This document shows positions 1 through 8,559 of a stretch of DNA of 64,000 nucleotides, one piece after another. Below the pieces are notes generated by a model. That model was not told the DNA's origin. It searched no databases and saw only the letters and a program-made list of their open reading frames with translations. The translations under genes were made by a program, and so were the position numbers. The stretch spans positions 743 through 64,742 of the forward strand of contig DAOUGM010000015.1 of the NCBI GenBank assembly GCA_034428895.1, given 5' to 3'. Origin of the DNA: Anaerolineaceae bacterium (lineage in GTDB: Bacteria; Chloroflexota; Anaerolineae; Anaerolineales; Anaerolineaceae). The stretch's first letter is position 1. Every line of letters begins with the position of its first letter.

Positions 1-1996
1 GGTTGATCACCGTGCCGCAGTCGTGAACGATCACAAAGCGGTCGATTTTTGGTTTGCAGGTTTCGGGATCGATATCCAGGATGACTGCGCAGGCACCTGA
101 ACCGGTCGCTCCATGCGGAGGGCCGTAATAGGCTGTGGCTTCGAGTCCGGGTTCAACGCCGGGTTCGACAACGCCGCGCATGGGATTGGCTTTGGCAGCC
201 AATTCACCCAGAGAGATTTTTTCCTCCGGGTTCCCTTTTACACAAACATAACCTTCACAGAGTTCGATCTGATCTTCCGGCACACCATCAAATGCTTTGC
301 TGGCGGTGGTGAAGATCTTGGCGCGAACTTTCTGGGCGGCGAGGTGCGCGGCGGTGCTCACCAGGGTGGCTCCGCGGCTGGCGAAGGTGCCGGCACCCCA
401 GGAGAATTGCCCGGTATCACCAGTGATCACTTTGACATCTTCAACTCTTACATTGAGCTGTTCAGCCACGATCTGGGCAAAAACTGTAAAATGTCCCTGT
501 CCCTGGGTGCTATAACCGGTTGCCATGGTTACCTTGCCGTTGGTGCTGACGGTAACGCGGCAGCCTTCGTAAGGTCCGACGGCGGTGCCTTCGGTGAAGG
601 CAACCACGCCAATGCCCAGACGTTTACCTTCCTGGCGGGCTTTCGGTTGAATTTCCTTGCGGAATTTTTCGTAATCCACCATTTCCAGGCATTGTTTCAT
701 GTTTGCGAGGTAGTCACCGCTATCGAGCACATTGGAGACGAAATCCTGTCCGATGACGCCGGTCTTGTATGGCATATCTTTGGCATTCAACAGGTTCTTC
801 AACCGCAGCTCCGCAGGATCCATGCCGAGTTTTCGGGCAGCGAAGTCCATCATGCGTTCCATCACGAACACGCCTTCTGAACGTCCGGCGCCGCGGACGG
901 GAGTGACCACCATGGTGTTGGTAAACACCATGCGGATCTGGGTGTAATAATTGGGAATTCGGTAATTGCTGACCGTGTGAGTTTGAGTGTTCAACGGAAC
1001 GGTCATTCCGTAGGAATCGTATGCACCGGTATTGTGGTAGAACACATCCTTGAGTCCAAGGATCGTGCCGTCTTTCTTGAAAGCGATCTCGCAATGATGC
1101 ACCTGGTCGCGTTCGGAGGTGGTCGCCAGGAAGTTTTCGCGCCGGTCCTCGATCCATTTGATCGGTCGTTTCAATTTTTTCGAGATCCAGGGCAGCAAGA
1201 CGTCATCCGCCTGGGAACTCATCACCTTGGGCCCAAAGCCGCCGCCAATGAAGGGCGTGACCACATGCACCTGGCTTTCTGCAAGCTCAAGTGCGCGCGC
1301 GATCGAGCCGCGAATGGTAAGCGGTGATTGGGTGGTTGCCCAAATGCTCATTTCCTGGTTGCGTTCATCCCAATTGGCGATAAAGCCGCGGTTTTCCATG
1401 GCTGCGGCTGCTACATGTTCCACCAGCATGCGTTTGGAAATCACGAAATCGGCGTTTTTCTTTGCTTCTTCATAATCACCCACCTGTTGTGTAACCAGGG
1501 CTGCCATGTTCGAGGGGAGGTCTTCATGAACCAGAACGGAATTGTCCTCCCAGGCTTTTTCGAGATCCACCACAGCCGGCAGCGGTTCCACATCCACGAT
1601 GATGTCATCGAAGGCATCTTCGGCGATGTAACGGGATTCGGCAATGACCACAGCCAGGGGTTCACCGGAAAAACGGATCTTGCCTTTGGCAATGGGCACC
1701 AGCGTGCGTGCGTTGAATTGAGAATCGGGGATGGCTGTTGGCGGTGGAACCTGAAGCGGGCCGGGTTTCCAGAAATCTCCAAAGTCATCGGCTGTGTAAA
1801 TTGCCACTACACCCGGCCGTTTGCGTGCTTCGCTAACATCGATCTTCAGGATACGTGCGTGCGCATAATCGCTGCGCAAAAAAGCCGCATGCAGCATACC
1901 GGGTAATTCGATATCATCAATGAATTTCGCATTACCGGTAAGCAGGTATTTGTCTTCCAGACGTTTAATGGGTTGGCTTAGATATTTTCCAGTCAC
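1..1996 (-). CDS. Molybdopterin-dependent hydroxylase large subunit (CoxL/xanthine dehydrogenase family, form-II-like); C-terminal part lies outside the window
   Basis: Absent from the ORF track because the frame runs off the window edge. Hand translation of the minus strand from GTG at 1996 (RBS AGGTGAGG just upstream) gives VTGKYLSQPIKRLEDKYLLTGNAKFIDDIELPGMLHAAFLRSDYAHARILKIDVS... The same frame gives TPVRGAGRSEG at about 881-910 and IVHDCGTVIN at positions 2-31. It lies directly downstream of the CoxM- and CoxS-like genes. Confidence 0.85.
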   Translation of the reverse strand, partial: MTGKYLSQPIKRLEDKYLLTGNAKFIDDIELPGMLHAAFLRSDYAHARILKIDVSEARKRPGVVAIYTADDFGDFWKPGPLQVPPPTAIPDSQFNARTLVPIAKGKIRFSGEPLAVVIAESRYIAEDAFDDIIVDVEPLPAVVDLEKAWEDNSVLVHEDLPSNMAALVTQQVGDYEEAKKNADFVISKRMLVEHVAAAAMENRGFIANWDERNQEMSIWATTQSPLTIRGSIARALELAESQVHVVTPFIGGGFGPKVMSSQADDVLLPWISKKLKRPIKWIEDRRENFLATTSERDQVHHCEIAFKKDGTILGLKDVFYHNTGAYDSYGMTVPLNTQTHTVSNYRIPNYYTQIRMVFTNTMVVTPVRGAGRSEGVFVMERMMDFAARKLGMDPAELRLKNLLNAKDMPYKTGVIGQDFVSNVLDSGDYLANMKQCLEMVDYEKFRKEIQPKARQEGKRLGIGVVAFTEGTAVGPYEGCRVTVSTNGKVTMATGYSTQGQGHFTVFAQIVAEQLNVRVEDVKVITGDTGQFSWGAGTFASRGATLVSTAAHLAAQKVRAKIFTTASKAFDGVPEDQIELCEGYVCVKGNPEEKISLGELAAKANPMRGVVEPGVEPGLEATAYYGPPHGATGSGACAVILDIDPETCKPKIDRFVIVHDCGTVIN

Positions 1997-2010
1997 AGTT
2001 CACCTCACCT

Positions 2011-2493
2011 TTACTTTTTCTGAGAGATCTTCTCGGCCGCGTCTTTAACGGCTTCAACGATCTTCTCATATCCTGTGCACCGGCAGATATTGCCGTCAAT
2101 GGCTTCGCGAATCTCTTCTTCTGAAGGAGTTGGATTTTCTTCGAGGAAGGGGACAAGGGTCATCAGGAATCCGGGAGTGCAGAATCCGCATTGCAATGCA
2201 TGCTTATCGGTAAAAGATTGCTGCAGGGGATGAAGATTTTCGGGTGTACCCAGTGATTCGACAGTGCGAATTTCGTGACCATTTGCCTGGACAGCGAACA
2301 TCAAGCAGGAACGGATCGGTTCACCATCGAAAATGATGGTGCAGGCTCCGCATATGCCGTGTTCACACCCGACATGCGTGCCCATCAATCCAAGATCGTG
2401 GCGCAGGAAGTCACTCAAAAGCAAGCGGGGTTCCGCTTCGCGTTGATAGACTGCACCGTTTACTGTAACGGAAATTGGAAATAGCTGGCTCAT
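2011..2493 (-). CDS. (2Fe-2S)-binding small subunit of a molybdenum hydroxylase (CoxS family)
   Basis: 160 aa with two cluster motifs, CEHGICGACT and CGFCTPGF...CRCTGY. There is a 1-nt gap to the upstream FAD subunit gene. Confidence 0.9.
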   Translation of the reverse strand: MSQLFPISVTVNGAVYQREAEPRLLLSDFLRHDLGLMGTHVGCEHGICGACTIIFDGEPIRSCLMFAVQANGHEIRTVESLGTPENLHPLQQSFTDKHALQCGFCTPGFLMTLVPFLEENPTPSEEEIREAIDGNICRCTGYEKIVEAVKDAAEKISQKK

Positions 2494-2494
2494 G

Positions 2495-3379
2495 TTATCC
2501 TCCTCTTTTCGCGCGGGCGACGGCTTCAGTCAGGGAGCGTACGATCAACACACGAGTAATACTGCGCCTGTAATCCGCAGTGGCATGCAGATCGGTGGCT
2601 GGATCGATTTCAGAAGAGGCGCCTGCTTCAGCCACGGCTTCGATCGCCTCTTTTGAGGGTTCGTTTCCAACAAGAATCTCCACTGCCTTGGCAGACAGGA
2701 TGGGTAATTCACCGACACCCATCAAGATCATGCGAACATCCTTGCAGCGGTCATTTTCATCCAAAGTGACGATCGATGCGACCGCGGATTGGGCGTATCC
2801 GCCGCTCTGGCGCGAAACCTGTACATACTTTGCTCCAGTACGAGGTGCCCAGGGATGGATGACAACTTCAGAGAGCATTTCATCCGGTTCAATGACCGTC
2901 ATGAAAGGTCCAACGATCAGGTCAGGTGCATCCACCCATCGATCTTCCTTGCCTTTACCTTTAATCAAGCATTTCATGTTCATTACCATGGAAATGCTTG
3001 GCAATTGCCCGGCCGGGTCGGCATGCGCAATTGCACCGCCGAAAGTTCCTCGCCTTCTGATTTGCGGATGGGCAATGAATTTTGCCACTTCGGGGAGAAG
3101 CGGAAAGAGCCTGGCAACTTCGGTGTTATGTTCCACAACCGATACACGGGTCATCGTTCCGATCGCCAATCCGCCCTCAGATGTCGATTTTATGTACTCG
3201 AGTTCAGGAATATTGTTCAGATCCACCAACGCACCTGGTCGTGCCATACGGAAGTTCATTGCCGCGATCAAACTTTGACCGCCGGCAAGCACCTTGCCGT
3301 CATACCCAAGCTCTGCCAGCGTATCCAGCGCTTCATCCACGCTTTTTGGAGCATAATAGTCAAAATTTACTGGCTTCAT
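2495..3379 (-). CDS. FAD-binding medium subunit of a molybdenum hydroxylase (CoxM family)
   Basis: 294 aa with the AGGQSL FAD-binding motif. It is first in a three-gene M-S-L order typical of CoxMSL-type enzymes. Confidence 0.9.
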   Translation of the reverse strand: MKPVNFDYYAPKSVDEALDTLAELGYDGKVLAGGQSLIAAMNFRMARPGALVDLNNIPELEYIKSTSEGGLAIGTMTRVSVVEHNTEVARLFPLLPEVAKFIAHPQIRRRGTFGGAIAHADPAGQLPSISMVMNMKCLIKGKGKEDRWVDAPDLIVGPFMTVIEPDEMLSEVVIHPWAPRTGAKYVQVSRQSGGYAQSAVASIVTLDENDRCKDVRMILMGVGELPILSAKAVEILVGNEPSKEAIEAVAEAGASSEIDPATDLHATADYRRSITRVLIVRSLTEAVARAKRGG

Positions 3380-3421
3380 GTATATACAACCTCCTGTTTG
3401 CTTGCAGATTCAAAATCCCGA

Positions 3422-3467
3422 GGTATTGAAAATTGATACTAAAGAAAAATTGGTATTCAATGATACC
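3422..3467. promoter_or_regulatory. Two copies of a GGTAT-N-ATAC(C) inverted-repeat motif; candidate operator pair upstream of the Mo-hydroxylase operon
   Basis: GGTATTGAAAATTGATAC at 3422-3439 and GGTATTCAATGATACC at 3452-3467. They lie 43-88 nt upstream of the start at 3379 and overlap a weak TTGAAT-N16-TATCAA promoter on the minus strand. Confidence 0.35.
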
Positions 3468-3502
3468 AAAAACCTTCAGGGGAATGATTCCCCTGAAGGT
3501 TT
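3466..3502 (-). terminator. Rho-independent terminator after the cyclase gene
   Basis: Perfect 14-bp stem (3471-3484 pairs with 3488-3501, 3-nt loop). It is followed on the minus strand by a U-run (plus-strand A-run 3468-3472). Confidence 0.6.
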
Positions 3503-3515
3503 GAGTGTAAAAGGG

Positions 3516-5183
3516 TTACTCTTTGAAAGCTACGAAGCGACCCCACATGGATTCAGCTTCCATGGCTTTCTGCAGGTAGCAGCCGATGTAGTAGCGGCCG
3601 CTCTTGGCAGTAGCCAGGTCGCCAGCCAGGTTTTCGGCGTGCACGATCGTGTGCGGGAACAGGTTGAGGTGCATATCCTGGTAGTAATCTTTCATCGGAT
3701 ATAACTGATCCCAGTCTTTGCCAAAGTCTTTGATGAGCTTGGCATTGGCTTCGGCGAAGGTCTTTGGATGCCAGATGCGCATGATGGTGTTCATCGGGTG
3801 ATCTGCGGAAACGGCGTCGACACCGATCCACTTGATCTTCATCTTGATCGCCCAGGCGGAGAAATCAGGTGATGGGCCTGGATGCTTGACCATGTAGCGG
3901 AATTCATCGGAATCCTTGCTGTTCCAGCCGAATTTATTCCAGCCGGTCTTGATGATGAGGATATCGCCTTCGCGGACTTCAACCTTATCCATGATCATCT
4001 TGGGAGTGTAGACACTTGAATCACTTACAACGTCGGAGATATCAGCAATGACGCCGGGACCTACCCATTCTTTTAATGGAACCTCACCGATGGTGCGGCC
4101 ATTGGGGAAGAAGTGCTTTTCGCCGTCCATGTGCGTACCGAGGTGGATACTGGCGTTGCAGATGGAACCATTGCGGCCCATGCCGAAGTACTGGCCGCCC
4201 ACACGCTTGGTGTAGGTGACGGACAATGGAACGTAGTTCAGCCACTGGGGAGTCTGAACGCTGAACGGAACGGTCATATCGATCATTTCAGATCTCTTCA
4301 TATTTGACATGAAGTCGTCTTCCGACATACCTTCCGGCGCGGTCCAGGCAAAGACACGGCTCCAGGCGGTTTCAACTTCCTTGAACGGGATCGGCATGAT
4401 GCAGATCCAGGCGCGTTTGTTCTTGAGTTTATCGATGTCGCCCACGATGGCTTCAGCGAGAACCAGGTGCTTCTTGGGCATATCGATGTGGGTCAATTGG
4501 TAATACTCACCCTGCGGGAAGGTTTCATCCCAGGTTTTTCCGGTTTCTTTCAAGAGTTTTTCTTCCGCCAGTTTGAAGTGACTTTCATGCCAGCGGCGGA
4601 TGGGGGTATTCATTGGGTGTTCGGCTGCGCCGCAATCCACACCAACGACCTTCAGATCCATGTCCATGGCCCATTTGTAGAATTCCATGGAGGGGCCTGG
4701 ATGGCGAACGAGGAAACCGAATTCCATGCTTTCGACACCACCCTGGGCTTGCTTGTTCCTTACAGCGGCCTGATCCCAGGAATACTTGTGGTAACCGGTA
4801 TTGACGATGAGGATGTCACCCTTCTTGACTTCCACTTTGCTGAGGATCATTTCAGGGGTGTAAATGCTGTAATCCGAGACCAGGTCGGAGATGTCAGCGA
4901 CAACGCCAGGACCACAGAGATCGGTGAGGGGGATATCGGCGATGGCGCGCCCGCCGGAATGGAAGGCGGTTTCACCCACGAGGTGGGTACCGACTGTGTT
5001 GCTCCAGTTTAGGATTTGACCGTTGGCGCCTTGTCCGCCGCCGTAGGCGCCGGTGACACGTTTGAAGAAGTGCACCTCAAGAGCCTTTTCATGCGGATGC
5101 GGTGGGGTGAAGATACTGCAATCCTGGGTCAGATCGTACAATTTTGCACTGCTTAACATCTTAATAAAATCTTCTCGATTCAT
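3516..5183 (-). CDS. Tandem-duplicated cyclase-fold (kynurenine formamidase / isatin hydrolase family) protein
   Basis: 555 aa made of two homologous halves, for example GPGVVADISDLVSDYSIYTPEMILSKVEVKKGDILIVNTGYHKYSW against GPGVIADISDVVSDSSVYTPKMIMDKVEVREGDILIIKTGWNKFGW. The C-terminal half keeps HLGTHMDGEKH (HxGTHxDxxxH). The N-terminal half reads TVGTHLVGETAFH. Confidence 0.8.
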   Translation of the reverse strand: MNREDFIKMLSSAKLYDLTQDCSIFTPPHPHEKALEVHFFKRVTGAYGGGQGANGQILNWSNTVGTHLVGETAFHSGGRAIADIPLTDLCGPGVVADISDLVSDYSIYTPEMILSKVEVKKGDILIVNTGYHKYSWDQAAVRNKQAQGGVESMEFGFLVRHPGPSMEFYKWAMDMDLKVVGVDCGAAEHPMNTPIRRWHESHFKLAEEKLLKETGKTWDETFPQGEYYQLTHIDMPKKHLVLAEAIVGDIDKLKNKRAWICIMPIPFKEVETAWSRVFAWTAPEGMSEDDFMSNMKRSEMIDMTVPFSVQTPQWLNYVPLSVTYTKRVGGQYFGMGRNGSICNASIHLGTHMDGEKHFFPNGRTIGEVPLKEWVGPGVIADISDVVSDSSVYTPKMIMDKVEVREGDILIIKTGWNKFGWNSKDSDEFRYMVKHPGPSPDFSAWAIKMKIKWIGVDAVSADHPMNTIMRIWHPKTFAEANAKLIKDFGKDWDQLYPMKDYYQDMHLNLFPHTIVHAENLAGDLATAKSGRYYIGCYLQKAMEAESMWGRFVAFKE

Positions 5184-5209
5184 TTCTACTCCTTTTCCAC
5201 TAAAAAGAT

Positions 5210-6457
5210 TTAGTTGTAGCCGTATTTATCAGCAAAGGCAATTAAAGCGTCTTCGAAGACTTTCATCGGGGCTGAGACAACTCCCGCTCCAACCTGTCCG
5301 ACACCGGGATCCTTGTGAGCGACACCGGTGTTGACGCGCGGGGTGATCCCTTTTTCGACGACTTTGCGGATATCCACGCCTGTGGGGGTGCCGCGGAAAT
5401 CGAGGAACGGAATCGTGAATTGTTTATGCTCGGCATAGGTAATCTCGTACATGTCCATGGTGGTGTCAATGGCGTCCTTGGGTGCGCCGCCAATGAAGGT
5501 CACCAGGGCAGGCGCGGTCGCCATGGCAAATCCGCCAATACCGGCAGTCTCAGTGATCACGCTGTCGCCAATATCAGGGCAGGCGTCTTTTTCGCTGAAT
5601 CCAGGGAAGTACAGGGACTTCACCATGGGAGAGGGAGCGGTGAACCATTGATTTCCGAGACCGCTGACGCGGATACCCCAATCGGTACCGTTACGGGTCA
5701 TGACAGTGACGATCGTGCTGCCTTCGACGCTGTCACCAGCGTAGGTCATCGATTTGCAGCCTGCCATCACGGGGTTCAGGATGCTCAGGGCATTGTCGCC
5801 CAGGAATTTGATCACTTCGAATGCGGTGGCGGTATCTTTGGCGGTCTTGGCAATGTAAGGAGCCAACTGGGTGGTCCAAAGCACAGAAGCGGCATCGAGA
5901 CGGTTGTGACCATCGTCGCCCATGTGCAGGGCTTTGGAAAGGATGGCGCGGACGTCGATCCCGCCAGCGGCTTCGAGTGCGGCCTTGACGGTTGGACCCA
6001 AAACGGATTCCATCCAGCGCAGTTTGGCGATGACCTCATCACTGTAAGCGCCCATGCGCAATACTTTGCCGCGGCCTTCATTTAGGTTCGAGAAGCATTT
6101 AATACCGTGAGTCTGGTTTTCAACCACGTAAACGAGCTGCGAGGGGGCGATCACGCCAGCCATTGGGCCGGTGCACATATGATCGTGGCAAGGCGAAAAT
6201 TCAATTTTACCGGATTTAAGTAATTTTTCTGCTTCTTCAGCGGTCTTGGCTTTTCCTTCAAAGAGACAGGCACCGATCATGGCACCTTTCATCGGGCCAG
6301 ACATTCTTTCCCATGTGACGGGAGGTCCGGCATGCAGGAACATATTGTCCTTCATCCCGGGGACTACATCCAACGCCTTGGCCATGGTAGTGGCAACCGG
6401 GCGGGCTTCCATAAACCGTTCAACTACGTAAGAATTGGCTTTCTCAATATCAACCAT
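5210..6457 (-). CDS. ylbE: DUF1116 family protein (YlbE-like)
   Basis: 415 aa. Sequence resembles E. coli YlbE as I recall it, and it sits immediately downstream of an FdrA-family gene as in E. coli fdrA-ylbE. Confidence 0.8.
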   Translation of the reverse strand: MVDIEKANSYVVERFMEARPVATTMAKALDVVPGMKDNMFLHAGPPVTWERMSGPMKGAMIGACLFEGKAKTAEEAEKLLKSGKIEFSPCHDHMCTGPMAGVIAPSQLVYVVENQTHGIKCFSNLNEGRGKVLRMGAYSDEVIAKLRWMESVLGPTVKAALEAAGGIDVRAILSKALHMGDDGHNRLDAASVLWTTQLAPYIAKTAKDTATAFEVIKFLGDNALSILNPVMAGCKSMTYAGDSVEGSTIVTVMTRNGTDWGIRVSGLGNQWFTAPSPMVKSLYFPGFSEKDACPDIGDSVITETAGIGGFAMATAPALVTFIGGAPKDAIDTTMDMYEITYAEHKQFTIPFLDFRGTPTGVDIRKVVEKGITPRVNTGVAHKDPGVGQVGAGVVSAPMKVFEDALIAFADKYGYN

Positions 6458-6496
6458 GCTGCTTCCTCCAGGTTATAAGATTGGTTTGACCTGCAT

Positions 6497-8239
6497 CTAC
6501 TTTTTTGCGGGGGCTTTCATATTCTGCAGGATGTTCATCAGGCGTTCATTACCGCCAGCGGGTGGTTTCCACTCAACTTGGACACAAGGCGCATTTTGAG
6601 CCTTCATGTTTTCATAGAAGGATTCAAGTCCGACGTTAATGCAAGCCAACGGTTTCTTCAGGTTTTCGAGATCGACGGGTTTGCCGACGGCTGCGGTTTC
6701 AACCACATCGCGTTCGGCCAGGGCACGCATGGTGCGACCAACATAGCGGCAGATGACCTCGTTGCTGGTATCCACCAATGCACCGGCGGCTTTGAGCTGG
6801 GAGATCTGGGAATTGAGGTTTTGCGGATCTTCATCAGTACCGGTGGCAACACAAACAACTTCCAGGTGACGTCCGGCTTTCTTGGCTTCGGCAATGCATT
6901 TTGCAATCGCGGGAGCAATTTCGCTGGCGGGGTTGGGGTGGGAACCGTATCCGATCACGACATCCAACATGATCACCGCCACCTGGGGATCGCGCGCTTC
7001 TTCGTATAATCTGCGGATGCGCAACTCATTGTCCATCATCGGGTGCAGGCGGCCCTGGGTGAATTCATCTTCACCCAGATCGACGATGCAGTTTTCCTGG
7101 CTGACAAACGCATCGGGAAGCTGGAATTCTTTATTGATCGGGGAGTTTGCCAGCACTTTGGGCATATAGCCAGCCAGAATGTGCTGGGCTTCATAGGCCA
7201 ACGTACCACCGGAGAACAGACCGCGGAAATATTTCTGTTCCTTGGTAAATTTCTTGACTGGAAGGTCGTCGTCGCCGGTAAGTTTCGGGGGATTGTTCGC
7301 CAATTCAACTGCCAGGCGGGCAGCATCATCCAAGCCAGTGGCGAAGAAAAGATTTCCGTCGTGCAGGGTGGTGACGGGGCGGGCGATGAAGTTGACCACC
7401 ACAGGTTTTCCGGCTTTGCGGGCTTTCTTTAATACTTCTTCAGCAACCTTGGGTGAAGGCGGCTTGGAAGTGAGCACGATCACCTTGGTGTCTGGATCGC
7501 GTGCGAGGACATCCAGCGCCATGAGGAAGGTGATGGCGCCCACGTTTTCCTTCAGGTCGCGTCCACCGGTGCCGATGCCGAATGTGATACCGCTATTGAG
7601 CTGGTGAATACGAGAGGAAACCTGCTGTAGACCGGTTCCAGCGGCTGCAACAATGCCAATGGGGCCTTTGCGAACCTTGTTGGCGAAAGCCATGCCCATC
7701 CCATCCACGATTGCGGTACCGCAATCCGGACCCATGACCAGCAAACCCAGGTCGCGGGCTTCTTTCTTTAACAGGATTTCATTTTCTACAGAAACATTAT
7801 CGCTAAAAAGGTGGACATGTTTTCCCAGGCGCAGGCATTCGCGCGTAACTGCTGTTGCGTAACGCCCGGCAACGGAGACGATCACCCATCCGGCTTCCGG
7901 CAGTGCCTCGGCAGCCGACTCGATCGAGCGGGGGCGATACTCTTCTCCACCCTGTGATTTTCTTGCAGCCAGTAATTCATCGACCTTGGCCAGTGCATCC
8001 GAGGCTGCCTTGTCGTTTTCAGCCTTGACGACGATTGCCAGTTCATCGGGTTTGGCGGCTTTAACTTCTGGGGTATCCAGACCAATATGGGCGAGCAATT
8101 CTTTGTTGGAATCTGTGCCCATGACCACACCGGTATCTTCCACACCGGGTAACTCAGCCAGTGACCGCTGCAGCATCATTAATTTGGCTGAATCATAATA
8201 CACACCACTACGAATTTCAGTTTTTATAGTTGCCATCAT
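6497..8239 (-). CDS. fdrA: FdrA family protein (succinyl-CoA-synthetase-alpha-like, CoA-binding)
   Basis: 580 aa. The N-terminus VYYDSAKLMMLQRSLAELPGVEDTGVVMGTDSNKELL resembles FdrA (..FQDSVSLM..). Gly-rich CoA-ligase-like segments are present. Confidence 0.85.
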   Translation of the reverse strand: MMATIKTEIRSGVYYDSAKLMMLQRSLAELPGVEDTGVVMGTDSNKELLAHIGLDTPEVKAAKPDELAIVVKAENDKAASDALAKVDELLAARKSQGGEEYRPRSIESAAEALPEAGWVIVSVAGRYATAVTRECLRLGKHVHLFSDNVSVENEILLKKEARDLGLLVMGPDCGTAIVDGMGMAFANKVRKGPIGIVAAAGTGLQQVSSRIHQLNSGITFGIGTGGRDLKENVGAITFLMALDVLARDPDTKVIVLTSKPPSPKVAEEVLKKARKAGKPVVVNFIARPVTTLHDGNLFFATGLDDAARLAVELANNPPKLTGDDDLPVKKFTKEQKYFRGLFSGGTLAYEAQHILAGYMPKVLANSPINKEFQLPDAFVSQENCIVDLGEDEFTQGRLHPMMDNELRIRRLYEEARDPQVAVIMLDVVIGYGSHPNPASEIAPAIAKCIAEAKKAGRHLEVVCVATGTDEDPQNLNSQISQLKAAGALVDTSNEVICRYVGRTMRALAERDVVETAAVGKPVDLENLKKPLACINVGLESFYENMKAQNAPCVQVEWKPPAGGNERLMNILQNMKAPAKK

Positions 8240-8423
8240 CGCTCCTGAAAGATGAGATATAAGGATTACCTTTCAATTCACAAAACGAGGTACCGCGAAA
8301 CCTTGCGGATATTCGTTTTGGCGGCAGGCTATGTCAAATTTTTAAATTTCGGCACTTCTGATCACCGACTTTGTTTTCGTGCTCACCAACTCATCGGGGG
8401 GCAAAAGCTTTTGGCGCAATTCA

Positions 8424-8452
8424 ATATAACACGAACAAATTATCCGCGTCAA
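8424..8452 (-). promoter_or_regulatory. Candidate sigma-70 promoter for the fdrA operon
   Basis: Minus strand reads TTGACG (8447-8452), 17-nt spacer, TTATAT (8424-8429). It lies about 185 nt upstream of the fdrA ATG. Confidence 0.3.
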
Positions 8453-8493
8453 ATTACCTTAATCAAAAAAATCACTGACAAATAACATTAGCA

Positions 8494-8538
8494 AAAAAAC
8501 CTCCTCTATAACCTGCAAAGCAAGGAAGAGGAGGTTTT
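8494..8538 (-). terminator. Rho-independent terminator after the 8560..9285 gene
   Basis: 11-bp stem: AAACCTCCTCT (8497-8507) pairs with AGAGGAGGTTT (8527-8537). It is followed on the minus strand by a 7-U run (plus-strand A-run 8493-8499). Confidence 0.6.
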
Positions 8539-8559
8539 ACTGATCATTTTGCCAGCAAA

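Noticed and set aside
113-1906. Plus-strand ORFs of 116-255 aa (113..880, 977..1327, 1119..1475, 1328..1906) covering the first 2 kb.
   Set aside because: They are antisense shadow ORFs. The minus strand in frame with 1996 translates into an uninterrupted, motif-rich CoxL-family protein. The plus-strand products are low-complexity (G/A/R/H/F-rich) with no recognisable motifs.
1-3379. Annotating the three-subunit Mo enzyme as aerobic carbon monoxide dehydrogenase (coxMSL).
   Set aside because: The large-subunit loop reads VRGAGR, without the Cu-binding Cys of the AYRCSFR signature. No coxDEFG-type maturation genes are present in the window.
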